Assembly: GCA_013791585.1 (NCBI GenBank)
Contig: VMTK01000018.1
Location: forward strand, 7,316 to 71,315
DNA: 64,000 bases
Reading direction: 5' to 3'
Origin: Candidatus Falkowbacteria bacterium
GTDB lineage: Bacteria > Patescibacteriota > Patescibacteriia > Patescibacteriales > VMTK01
Each line of letters begins with the position of its first letter. Position 1 is the stretch's first letter. Below the pieces are notes generated by a model. The model worked only from the letters and a program-made list of their open reading frames with translations, had not been told where the DNA came from and did no database searches. Position numbers and translations under genes: made by a program. Below are positions 35,501 to 43,970 of this stretch, in pieces.

Positions 35501-36050
35501 AGGCAGGGAAATTTTGAAAGAGTTTTACGCAAAGCATCAGGATAACTGGCCGCACGCGGCATATTTGGAAAAGGGATTTAATATTAAGCTGCGCGGAACA
35601 CGAAAACACGAAAACACGAAAACACAAAAACACGAAAACACGAAAACACAAAAACACGAAAACATTGGGACAACAGCGGTTGGAGGCGAGGTGTATACTG
35701 TGCGCGGCGTGATAGACAGAATTGACGAGGAGGACGGCAAGTTGAAAATTGTTGACTACAAAACAGGAAGCCCGAAAGACAAATTAACTTTTAATGAAAA
35801 AGAGCAATTGCTTATTTATCAAATGGCGGTAAGCGAAATATTCAGGCAAGAAATCAGTTCGCTGGCTTTTTATTATTTGAATAATAATTCAGAAGTTGAA
35901 TTTTTGGGCACAGATGAGGAATTAGACAAAACTAAAGATAAAATTTTAAATATTATTAAAGATATTAAAAAAGGAGAATTCCCGGCCAAGCCCAGCCAAT
36001 TGTGCAAGTTTTGCGATTTTTATAGTATTTGCGAATTTCGGAAAAGTTAA
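32562..36050 (+). CDS. UvrD/PcrA-type helicase fused to a PD-(D/E)XK Cas4/AddB-like nuclease, with large repeat inserts
   Basis: AGAGTGKTTV, LLDEFQDTN, VVGDDDQSIY; C-terminal CPYQYRF, DRID..DYKTG, CKFCDFYSIC; inserts at 33108-33150, 33631-33775, 34347-34401, 34878-34991, 35258-35402, 35598-35664. Confidence 0.85.
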   Translation: MSGLTEKLNKEQSQAVTHREGPLLIVAGAGTGKTTVITQRIAYIIERGWAKSDEILALTFTEKAAGEMEERVDRLLPMGYLDLWISTFHSFGERILKEHGLEIGLPADFKLLNEFEQWSLVRKNLDKFNLDYYRPMGNPAKFIHALIKHFSRAKDEDISPADYLQYAEGLRENLDGMLSGAITKNTKTQKHKNTKTNIDGENSKEIAEQEILRINEVANAYHVYQQLLLDNSALDFGDLINYSLKLFRERPAVLEKYRKQFKYILLDEFQDTNWAQYELIKILAQPRNNLAVVGDDDQSIYKFRGASISNILQFKKDFPKSKEIFLVNNYRNKQNVLDLSYEFIKLNNPNRLEYQLNTKTRKHKNTENTKTLGLRPQNTKTLSFASKHENTKTRKHENTETHELNKKLLAQGKGEGVIEVIQGSDLQDEVGRVVEKIADLKIQSKNSSWNDFAILVRANDSAKDFCNALEIAGLPYQFLSSRGLYAKPVIMDLTAYLKLLDDYHESAAVYRILNLPVLDFSYQELVNFNYIARKKAWSLYTVLRDSRGRLGSAIQQKIDRILSLIGKHTALAREKSVSEIIIAFLNDSGYLKYLTSPPAPSPSHVPGLNREEGEYERESRENMNLLNQFMKRIKKFESASDDKSVKAFLAELNMEIDSGEQGSLSPDIESGPEAIKIMTIHGSKGLEFKYVFIANMVDKRFPTIERQEQILIPDALIKEILPEGDIHLEEERRLFYVAMTRAKNDLYFSWAPDYGGVRKKKPSRFLAECGLIHENTKTLKHSASPQNTKTLGFASKHENTKTRKHENTKTAISDIGESAKRKVQITKTETEMQIPNYFSYTQLAAFSNCPYQYRFAHILRVPMTGKPVFSFGKTMHSVLQKTFELVNEKKGLGQGDLFSLTPQPPLPAGRGGGDSSSAPRRAAASAKQYMGSIENSPPSCLGGAGGGINISLEEILKLYEQSWIDDWYESDKQKQEYKKKGREILKEFYAKHQDNWPHAAYLEKGFNIKLRGTRKHENTKTQKHENTKTQKHENIGTTAVGGEVYTVRGVIDRIDEEDGKLKIVDYKTGSPKDKLTFNEKEQLLIYQMAVSEIFRQEISSLAFYYLNNNSEVEFLGTDEELDKTKDKILNIIKDIKKGEFPAKPSQLCKFCDFYSICEFRKS

Positions 36051-36188
36051 ATGTGATGCGAGATTGAGGCTAAAGCCTCAAAACCTGACTTAAAAGTCGG
36101 TAGAAGTTTTTGATTTGCGCATATTTTAATCAGGGGTTGAAAATTCGCAAAGAAAATGATAAAGTAGTATCATATAACGCGCAACAAA

Positions 36189-36644
36189 ATGACTTTAAAA
36201 GCATATTTAATCATAATGTCAATAACAACTCTGCTTTGCTGGCTGGCTTTTGGGTTTATTCTGCGGAGCATTGATCCGTATGTTACTAACTGGGTTGGAT
36301 TTTTGCTGTTTTACGGCTCTTTATTTTTAACCATGGCGGGAACAAGCGCGATAATCGGCTTTTTGATCAGATTCGCCCCGCACCCTTTTGGCAGTATTAT
36401 TCCGAAATGTTTTAGAAAGGCAAACACTGAACTCTGCCAAAAGGGTGCGGGGTTAAAGCATGAGCTTGTTTTTAATTCAGTTAGAAATGCTTTTCGCCAG
36501 TCATTTTTTTTCGCTTTTTTAATTATAGCGGCTTTGATTTTACTGTCAAAGGATTTGTTTACATGGGGTAATTTGATTTTATTAATATCAAGCTTGTCGG
36601 TTTTGGAATTTTTTATGATAAGCTATGGATCGCGTAATGCGTAG
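36189..36644 (+). CDS. hypothetical membrane protein interrupted by a 19-bp-arm palindrome
   Basis: 4 TM-like segments; CCCCGCACCCTTTTGGCAG (36376-36394) and its exact reverse complement (36434-36452) lie in-frame. Confidence 0.55.
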   Translation: MTLKAYLIIMSITTLLCWLAFGFILRSIDPYVTNWVGFLLFYGSLFLTMAGTSAIIGFLIRFAPHPFGSIIPKCFRKANTELCQKGAGLKHELVFNSVRNAFRQSFFFAFLIIAALILLSKDLFTWGNLILLISSLSVLEFFMISYGSRNA

Positions 36645-36942
36645 CGCATAACGCGTAACGCGTAAAACTTTATTGTCATTCCTCCGTACATTGTCATCCC
36701 GTAAAAATTTTGCGTGTGAGCAAAATTTTATACGGGATCCAGGGTTAAAATCAACGAATTATATTTTAGAATACGCAAGTTAAAAGCTATAAATACGATT
36801 AACAAAGCATTAAGCTTAAGCGTGTCTAATCCTGTATTCCGCATCATTTAATAATAAAAAAAATAATGAGTGTGCGGGATGACAAAAAAATCATATAAAT
36901 CATATAAATCCCTGCTAAATAAAAGGGCAGAGATATAAGATA

Positions 36943-37986
36943 ATGAAAGAGAGACTATTACAACTTAAACAAGAAATATTGGATAATTTGGGCAAGGCAA
37001 AAGACTTGTCAGTTTTGCGTAATTTAGAAACTAAATATTTAGGGCGCAAAGGAGAACTGACCAAAATATTGCGGGGCATTTCCAGCATGGCAGGGGAAGA
37101 AAAAAAGAATATCGGCAAATTAGCCAATGAAATTAAAACAGAATTGCGAAATAAATTTGAACAAGTTGAAAGATCCTTGAGCGGAAGCGCTGACAAAGCC
37201 GGTTTTTTAGATGTAACTTTGCCGGGCAAAAAAATAAAACAGGGCCATCTTCACCCCATAACCATAATTCAAAATGAATTGGAAGACTTATTCACTTCCA
37301 TGGGATTTATGGTGCTGGACGGCCCTGAGCTGGAAAGCGATTATTATAATTTTGAAGCATTGAACATACCCGGCAATCATCCGGCCAGAGATATGCAGGA
37401 TACTTTTTATGTTGCCCCCGGCCCCTCCCCCGCTGGCGCGGGAGAGTGGAGGAGCGATATGGTGATGCGGACGCATACTTCGCCGGTGCAGATTCGGGCT
37501 ATGCGGAAATACGGCGCGCCGTTAAGGTGCGTGGTTCCCGGCAGGGTTTTCAGATGCGAAGCGACAGACGCCTGCCATGACACCACTTTTGATCAGCTGG
37601 AAGGTTTTATGATTGATAAAAATATTTCAATTTCAAACCTTATTTCAGTGTTGAAAGAAATGCTTTCCGGAATTTTCAAGCAGGAAGTAAAAATCAGAGT
37701 GCGGCCGGGATATTTTCCTTTTGTTGAGCCGGGATTGGAAGTTGATGTGAACTGTACGATTTGCGATGGGAAAGGGTGCCCGAGCTGCAAACATAGCGGC
37801 TGGCTGGAAATGATTGGCGCCGGCATGATCCATCCCAATGTTTTAAAATACGGCGGAATAGATTCAAAGGAATATTCCGGCTTTGCTTTCGGCTTGGGAT
37901 TGACCAGATTAGCCATGATGAAATACGGCATTGATGATATTAGATTATTTAATAGCGGGGATTTGAAATTTTTGGAGCAATTTTAA
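36943..37986 (+). CDS. pheS: phenylalanyl-tRNA synthetase alpha subunit
   Basis: HPARDMQDTFY, VPGRVFRCEATDACHDTTFDQLEG, GAGMIHPNVL; GC-rich insert APGPSPAGAGEWRS. Confidence 0.95.
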   Translation: MKERLLQLKQEILDNLGKAKDLSVLRNLETKYLGRKGELTKILRGISSMAGEEKKNIGKLANEIKTELRNKFEQVERSLSGSADKAGFLDVTLPGKKIKQGHLHPITIIQNELEDLFTSMGFMVLDGPELESDYYNFEALNIPGNHPARDMQDTFYVAPGPSPAGAGEWRSDMVMRTHTSPVQIRAMRKYGAPLRCVVPGRVFRCEATDACHDTTFDQLEGFMIDKNISISNLISVLKEMLSGIFKQEVKIRVRPGYFPFVEPGLEVDVNCTICDGKGCPSCKHSGWLEMIGAGMIHPNVLKYGGIDSKEYSGFAFGLGLTRLAMMKYGIDDIRLFNSGDLKFLEQF

Positions 37987-38047
37987 TCGCATAACTCATA
38001 TCGCATATCGCATAACGCATAACGCATAACGCATAACATAAATATAT

Positions 38048-38791
38048 ATGGAAACAAAAAAAATCGTAAAATATTGCGAGGATTATCTTAAAGTCAAAGA
38101 TTTTGAAGATTATTGCGTTAATGGCCTTCAGGTTGAAGGCGCGCCAAAAGTAAGCAAAATTATTACCGGAGTCAGCTTGTCGGAGAAATTAATCAGAGAA
38201 GCAATCAAGAAGCAAGCCAAGATGATAATGGTCCATCACGGTTTATTTGTTAAGCAAATCGGCAAGCCGCCATGCGTCAAAGCCGTTGTCAGAAATAGAT
38301 TAAAATTGCTTTTGGAAAACGATATTAATCTTTGCGGCTTTCACCTGCCGCTTGACGCGCATCCGGTGATTGGCAATAATATCAGCTTGTGCAAACTGTT
38401 TAACATTCAAAAAACCGAGCCGTTTGATGTTGGATTCGTGGGCGAGTTAAAGCAAGCGATAGCGCTTGAAGATTTTTATAATTTAATTTGCGATGAATTG
38501 GAAACTCAGCCCTATATAATACCGGCAGGTCCGAAGAAAATAAAGAAAATCGGCGTTATTTCCGGCGGAGCTTCTCCCGACTTTCAACAAGCGGTTGAGC
38601 TTGGCGCGGATACTTATTTATGCGGCGACGCGCGCGAGGAAGTGGTTGAAGCGGTCCAAGAAGCAAAAATTAATTTTATCAATGCCGGACATTATAATAC
38701 AGAGAAGCTTGGCATTCAGAATTTGGGAAATTTAATCGCCAAGAAGTTTAAAATAAAAGTTGAATTCGTTGATGTGCCTTGCGATGTATAA
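38048..38791 (+). CDS. Nif3-like dinuclear metal centre protein
   Basis: NGLQVEG, MIMVHHG, CGFHLPLDAHP, NAGHYNTE. Confidence 0.8.
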   Translation: METKKIVKYCEDYLKVKDFEDYCVNGLQVEGAPKVSKIITGVSLSEKLIREAIKKQAKMIMVHHGLFVKQIGKPPCVKAVVRNRLKLLLENDINLCGFHLPLDAHPVIGNNISLCKLFNIQKTEPFDVGFVGELKQAIALEDFYNLICDELETQPYIIPAGPKKIKKIGVISGGASPDFQQAVELGADTYLCGDAREEVVEAVQEAKINFINAGHYNTEKLGIQNLGNLIAKKFKIKVEFVDVPCDV

Positions 38792-38874
38792 GGAGTTATT
38801 CTTTATTGGTATTTGACATATTCACCAAAAGGATATATATTTAAGTGAGTATATTCACCTAAATACTATTTTTT

Positions 38875-39999
38875 ATGAACATAAAAAGACAAATACAAAA
38901 GAATATAGAACAAAACCTTTTTAAAGGTAAAATAATTATTATTTATGGGGCAAGGCAGGTAGGAAAGACAACTTTAGTTAAGGAGATACAAAAAAAATAT
39001 TTTGCTAAAGCTAACTATTTTAATTGCGACGAAATAGACATAAGAGATGCTTTGACGGATAAAACATCTACTGAAATTAAAGCGTTTTTAGGACATAAGA
39101 AATTGATTATTCTTGATGAAGCTCAAAGAGTAAAAAATATCGGTTTAACTTTAAAATTGATTATTGATAATTTTCCTGATTTGCAAATAATAGCTACGGG
39201 ATCATCTTCTTTTGATTTGTCCAATAAAATCGTTGAGCCGCTAACCGGCAGAAAAATAGAGTATTATTTATACCCTTTTTCATTAGGTGAATTAAGATCA
39301 ATTTATTCAGCCATAGAAACTGATCGGCTTTTGGAAACAAGAATGATTTTCGGGATGTATCCTGAAATCGCGCAAAACCAAGATAATATCGCGCAAAATT
39401 TAAAAAGCGTTGCCAGAAGTTACGCGTATAAAGATGTTTTGCAATATCAAAATATAAAAAATCCTGAAATATTGGAAAAATTATTGCAAGCGATAGCCTT
39501 GCAGATTGGAAATGAGGTCTCTTATAATGAATTGTCAAATATAATAGGCATTGATAAAAACACGGTTTCAAATTACATCTCAATTTTAGAAAAATCTTTT
39601 ATTATATTTCGCTTAAATCCATTTAGCAGAAATTTAAGAAATGAATTAAAAAAATTAAGAAAAATATATTTTTATGACAACGGAATCAGAAACGCGCTTA
39701 TTAATAATTTAAACCCTTTAAATTTAAGGCAAGATGTCGGCGCTTTATGGGAAAATTTTATGATTAGCGAAAGATTAAAATATAATAATAATTATAATAT
39801 AGATCAGAATATTTATTTTTGGAGAACAAAACAGAAGCAAGAGATTGATTATTTAGAGGAGAGAGGCGGAAAATTGCAAGGTTTTGAATTTAAGTGGAAT
39901 AAAGGCGGTTTTAAAAAACCGAAAATTTTTTTATCCGCTTACCCGGAAAGTTCCATTGAACTAGTTAACAGAGAAAATTATAAAAATTTTGTTTTGTAA
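38875..39999 (+). CDS. AAA-type ATPase (COG1373-like, AAA_14 + DUF4143)
   Basis: IYGARQVGKTTL Walker A, ILDEAQ Walker B. Confidence 0.75.
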   Translation: MNIKRQIQKNIEQNLFKGKIIIIYGARQVGKTTLVKEIQKKYFAKANYFNCDEIDIRDALTDKTSTEIKAFLGHKKLIILDEAQRVKNIGLTLKLIIDNFPDLQIIATGSSSFDLSNKIVEPLTGRKIEYYLYPFSLGELRSIYSAIETDRLLETRMIFGMYPEIAQNQDNIAQNLKSVARSYAYKDVLQYQNIKNPEILEKLLQAIALQIGNEVSYNELSNIIGIDKNTVSNYISILEKSFIIFRLNPFSRNLRNELKKLRKIYFYDNGIRNALINNLNPLNLRQDVGALWENFMISERLKYNNNYNIDQNIYFWRTKQKQEIDYLEERGGKLQGFEFKWNKGGFKKPKIFLSAYPESSIELVNRENYKNFVL

Positions 40000-40008
40000 A
40001 TAAAACAT

Positions 40009-42543
40009 ATGTATCTATCGCTAAACTGGCTAAAAGATTTTGTTAATATTCCGAAATCAATAACTCCGGAAGAGTTAGGTTTGCGCTTAACTATGCATAC
40101 GGTGGAGATTGACGGAGTGGAAAAGCAGGCAGATAAGCTTGCTCATATTGTTGTGGGAAAAATTTTAGAAATCAAGAAACACCCTGATGCTGATCGCTTG
40201 CAACTGGTTAAAGTTGATATTAAGGATAAAAAATTAGATATAGTTTGCGGCGCTTCAAACATTGAAATAGGACAGTCAGTTCCAGTGGCTTTGGCAGGCG
40301 CTATTTTACCTAATGGAGCGGAAATTAAAGAAACTGAGGTGAGGGGAGAAAAATCTTTCGGCATGCTTTGCGCTGAAGATGAATTGGGGCTGGGCGATGA
40401 TCATAGAGGTATTATGATATTGGACAAGGGCGCAAAGATCGGACAGAGTTTAGGAGAGTATTTGAAATTAAAAGATGTTATTTTTGAAGTTGACAATAAG
40501 TCAATTACCAATCGCCCTGATCTGTGGGGGCATTACGGAATGGCGCGGGAGATCGCGGCTTTTTTAAGTGTTAAATTAAGACCTCACCCCGTCCCTCTCC
40601 TTAGTAAGGAGAGGGTGCCTGATAAGGCGGGTGAGGTTAAGATAGATGTTAAGGTTGAGAATTTTAAATTATGCCCTCGCTATATGGCGGTATGCTTGGA
40701 CGGAATCAAGATTGAAGATTCGCCCAAATGGATGCGGGAGCGGCTGATAGCCGTAGGCATGCGGCCGATAAATAATATTGTTGATATAACCAATTATGTG
40801 ATGCTGGAATTGGGACAGCCCTTGCATGCGTTTGATGTTAGAACAATCTTAGGCGATGAAATTCCAAATAACAAATTTCAAATAACAAACCCCGCAACAT
40901 CGCTGCGCGACAACGGGGCAGGTAAATCTCAAATTCCAAATCTCAAATTCCAAAATGATATTAAGATAGTTGTGAGGCGGGCTAAAAAAGGCGAGGTGAT
41001 GGAAACTTTAGACGGGGAGAAAAAAGAATTAGACAATGAAATGCTGGTGATAGCCGATGATAAAAAGCCGATTGCCATAGCCGGTGTAATGGGAGGCGCC
41101 AACAGCGAGATAAGAAATGAAACCAATTCCATTATCATGGAATGCGCCAATTTTGACTTTGCTTCAATCAGAAAAACATCGCAGAAACTGGGTTTGCGCA
41201 CGGAATCTTCAATGCGATTTGAAAAAGGGCTGGATCCTAATCTTTGCGAATTGGCTTTGGCGCGCGCCGTTGAGCTGGTTAAAAAAATATGCCCTAAAGT
41301 AAAAGTCGTCAGTGAATTAGCGGATGAAAAAAAGTTTACGATAAATCAAGGCCCGATTAAGCTGAATTTAGACTGGCTGAATCAGAGTTTAGGCGAAATA
41401 ATTGAAGAAAAAAAAGCAGTAAATATTTTAGAAAATCTGGGTTTTGGCGTTAAGAAGATTAAAGATGAGCTGGATGTTACAATTCCAACATGGCGCGCCG
41501 GCCGGGACATTTCCATTCCCGAGGACTTGCTTGAGGAAGTCGCGAGGATTTTCGGCTATAACAATTTAAAGCCCGCTATGCCCAAGGTTGCCATGAAAGC
41601 TCCTGAACTTAATCAAGAGCGGTTGTTTGAGCGCGAGATAAAAAATATTTTGTCCAACGGCGCGGGCTTGTCGGAAGTTTATAATTATTCTTTTGTCGGA
41701 GAAGATCAGCTCACAAAGCTTGGCATTGATTTTTCTTCGCACATTAAATTGGCCAATCCGATAGCTGTTCATCAAACATTGCTCCGCCAGAATTTGGCTC
41801 CGAATTTGATCAATAATATCAAAACAAATCAAGCTAAATTTGAGCAGTTTGGCTTTTTTGAAATAGGCAGTGTTTATTTAAGCACTCCGGGGGATATTAA
41901 CAAAGACAATAGCGGCAAAGAGCATCTTCCTTATCAGGAAAAACGGATCGGCATTGTTTTGGCGGCTGATAAAAAAACAGATGTTTTCAGCCAAGCCAAA
42001 GGAGCGGTTGAATATTTGTTGTCATCGTTGAACTTGCCGGTTGATTTTACAGCGATTGAATCCGGCCCGGGCTGGGCTGATGAAAATATCGCCGCGGATA
42101 TTAATTGCCAAAAAAATAAAATAGGAATAGCGGCCAAGCTGAATGAAAAATCAGCCAAAGCTTTGGGCGTGAAAAAAGAAGCCGCGATAGTTGAGATAAT
42201 TTTGAGCGAGCTGTATAAACTAGCCGGCAAGCAAGCCGTTAAGAAATATCAGGAGTATGAAAAATATCCGCCGCTTGTCAGGGATTTGGCTTTTGTGGTT
42301 AGCGAGAAAATATTGTATAATAACATCAGGAATGATATAATTAATTTTAGTGAATTAATAAGGAGCGCTGAATTGTTTGATGTTTATTATGGCGGCAAGC
42401 TGGGATTTGGCAAAAAAAGCTTGGCGTTTCACATTGTTTATCAAGCCGGCAGAACATTAACAACGGAAGAAATTGATATTTTGCAAAAACAGTTAATTCA
42501 GAGGTTGGAAGAGAAATTTGACGCGAAGATTAGGGACTTTTGA
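40009..42543 (+). CDS. pheT: phenylalanyl-tRNA synthetase beta subunit
   Basis: N-terminal tRNA-binding domain (HPDADRLQLVKVD), B3/4, B5 and C-terminal FDX-ACB-like regions; inserts at 40582-40636 and 40860-40960. Confidence 0.95.
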   Translation: MYLSLNWLKDFVNIPKSITPEELGLRLTMHTVEIDGVEKQADKLAHIVVGKILEIKKHPDADRLQLVKVDIKDKKLDIVCGASNIEIGQSVPVALAGAILPNGAEIKETEVRGEKSFGMLCAEDELGLGDDHRGIMILDKGAKIGQSLGEYLKLKDVIFEVDNKSITNRPDLWGHYGMAREIAAFLSVKLRPHPVPLLSKERVPDKAGEVKIDVKVENFKLCPRYMAVCLDGIKIEDSPKWMRERLIAVGMRPINNIVDITNYVMLELGQPLHAFDVRTILGDEIPNNKFQITNPATSLRDNGAGKSQIPNLKFQNDIKIVVRRAKKGEVMETLDGEKKELDNEMLVIADDKKPIAIAGVMGGANSEIRNETNSIIMECANFDFASIRKTSQKLGLRTESSMRFEKGLDPNLCELALARAVELVKKICPKVKVVSELADEKKFTINQGPIKLNLDWLNQSLGEIIEEKKAVNILENLGFGVKKIKDELDVTIPTWRAGRDISIPEDLLEEVARIFGYNNLKPAMPKVAMKAPELNQERLFEREIKNILSNGAGLSEVYNYSFVGEDQLTKLGIDFSSHIKLANPIAVHQTLLRQNLAPNLINNIKTNQAKFEQFGFFEIGSVYLSTPGDINKDNSGKEHLPYQEKRIGIVLAADKKTDVFSQAKGAVEYLLSSLNLPVDFTAIESGPGWADENIAADINCQKNKIGIAAKLNEKSAKALGVKKEAAIVEIILSELYKLAGKQAVKKYQEYEKYPPLVRDLAFVVSEKILYNNIRNDIINFSELIRSAELFDVYYGGKLGFGKKSLAFHIVYQAGRTLTTEEIDILQKQLIQRLEEKFDAKIRDF

Positions 42544-42697
42544 ATTAAATAATAAAATAGTAAAATAATAAAATAATTAACTAAATTTGAGTCTAAAATT
42601 TAACGCAACACTCTTTATTAAAGCAGTATTAAAATGTTCGTTGAAGCTAATTAAATTAATTTTATTATTTTATTATTTTACTATTTAATTATTTTTT

Positions 42698-43018
42698 ATG
42701 TTTGAAACAACTCAAGATTTATTAAACACAGTCAAAGCCGTTTCTATCTTCGGCTTGGCTTTTTTCGCCTGCTGGGCGATTTTTTATCTGGCAATGATTT
42801 TGCGCCAAGGGTTTAAAATCATAAAAGACACCAGAGAGCGCCTGCATAAAGTTGACGAAGTAATCAAGGCGCTGAAAGAAAAAATAGAGCACAGCGCTTC
42901 GTATTTGCTGTTGATTGGCGAAGGGGTCAAGAAATTGGTTGACATGGCCAAGGAGTATTCTGGCAAGGGGGAGAAGAAAGCAAGAAGCAAGAAGCAAGAA
43001 GTGAGAAGCAAGAAGTGA
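42698..43018 (+). CDS. hypothetical small membrane protein
   Basis: One TM segment; the C-terminal tail is encoded by the 7-nt repeat AGAAGTG/AGAAGCA. Confidence 0.45.
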   Translation: MFETTQDLLNTVKAVSIFGLAFFACWAIFYLAMILRQGFKIIKDTRERLHKVDEVIKALKEKIEHSASYLLLIGEGVKKLVDMAKEYSGKGEKKARSKKQEVRSKK

Positions 43019-43068
43019 GAAGTGAGAAGTGAGAAAAAATAGTTAAATGCGTAAAATTATTTTTTATT

Positions 43069-43118
43069 ATGCTGGAATTTTTGCAGGAGAATTTTAATTT
43101 GTATAAGGAGCTGTATTA
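43069..43118. repeat. 50-nt direct repeat, left copy, flanking the DUF433/DUF5615 cassette
   Basis: ATGCTGGAATTTTTGCAGGAGAATTTTAATTTGTATAAGGAGCTGTATTA; 49/50 identical to 43779-43828. Confidence 0.9.
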
Positions 43119-43163
43119 AGAATTTTGACAATAAAAAATATTTGTGATAGTTTTATAAATAAT

Positions 43164-43415
43164 ATGATAAATAAATATAAAAATAGAATAATTATTGATC
43201 CTGAAATAATGGTCGGCAAGCCGATTATTAAAGGGACTAGGATTACCGTGGAATTGATTTTAAAATTACTTGCCCAAGGGCAACCCACTGAAGAGATTCT
43301 AAATGCTTATCCTCATCTTAAAAATAAGGATATTTACGCATGCTTAGAATATGCCGGCGGGATTGTTGAAGAAGAAAGAGTTTTGCCTTTAAGCCGTAAA
43401 TTAAAATTCGCATAG
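43164..43415 (+). CDS. DUF433-family antitoxin-like protein
   Basis: IIIDPEIMVGKPIIKGTRITVELILKLLAQG. Confidence 0.7.
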   Translation: MINKYKNRIIIDPEIMVGKPIIKGTRITVELILKLLAQGQPTEEILNAYPHLKNKDIYACLEYAGGIVEEERVLPLSRKLKFA

Positions 43416-43417
43416 TT

Positions 43418-43768
43418 ATGAAATTTCTTTTTGATGAAAATATAGGATGGCGCGTTGTTGAATTTTTCAAGATGCAAGATTATGACATTAAATCAGCATT
43501 AGATGAATTAAGAGGCGAGAGCGATAAAAAAATATTAAAAATCGCTTATCAAGAAAAGAGAATTATTGTGACATTGGATAAGGATTTTTGTAGTTTTATT
43601 TTCAAGGATTTTATCCATTGCCACGGGGTAATTTTATTAAGATTGTCCAACGAATCGCAGGAAAATATTATTAACGCGCTAAAAAATGTTTTAGAAAATA
43701 CAGGCGATGAGCTTCATGGCAGCTTCTTGGTTGTCAATGATGATAATGTGAGAATCCGCAAGATATGA
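43418..43768 (+). CDS. DUF5615 (PIN/Mut7-C-like) toxin-like protein
   Basis: MKFLFDENIG...IIVTLDKDF pattern, adjacent to the DUF433 gene. Confidence 0.65.
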   Translation: MKFLFDENIGWRVVEFFKMQDYDIKSALDELRGESDKKILKIAYQEKRIIVTLDKDFCSFIFKDFIHCHGVILLRLSNESQENIINALKNVLENTGDELHGSFLVVNDDNVRIRKI

Positions 43769-43778
43769 TTTTATATTA

Positions 43779-43828
43779 ATGCTGGAATTTCTGCAGGAGA
43801 ATTTTAATTTGTATAAGGAGCTGTATTA
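43779..43828. repeat. 50-nt direct repeat, right copy
   Basis: One T/C difference from 43069-43118. Confidence 0.9.
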
Positions 43829-43851
43829 GTTTGAACTAATAGAATAATATA

Positions 43852-43970
43852 AACACGAAAACACGAAAACACGAAAACACACGGTCTAACGGCCTAAACA
43901 CAAAAAACACTATTTATTTTTTTAGTGTTTTCGTGTTTTGAGGCGAAGCCGAGTGTTTTCGTGTTTTTTT
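43852..43970. repeat. intergenic inverted pair of CACGAAAA arrays (hairpin between convergent genes)
   Basis: AAACACGAAAACACGAAAACACGAAAACAC ... GTGTTTTCGTGTTTTGAGGCGAAGCCGAGTGTTTTCGTGTTTTT; same words as the intragenic arrays. Confidence 0.85.
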
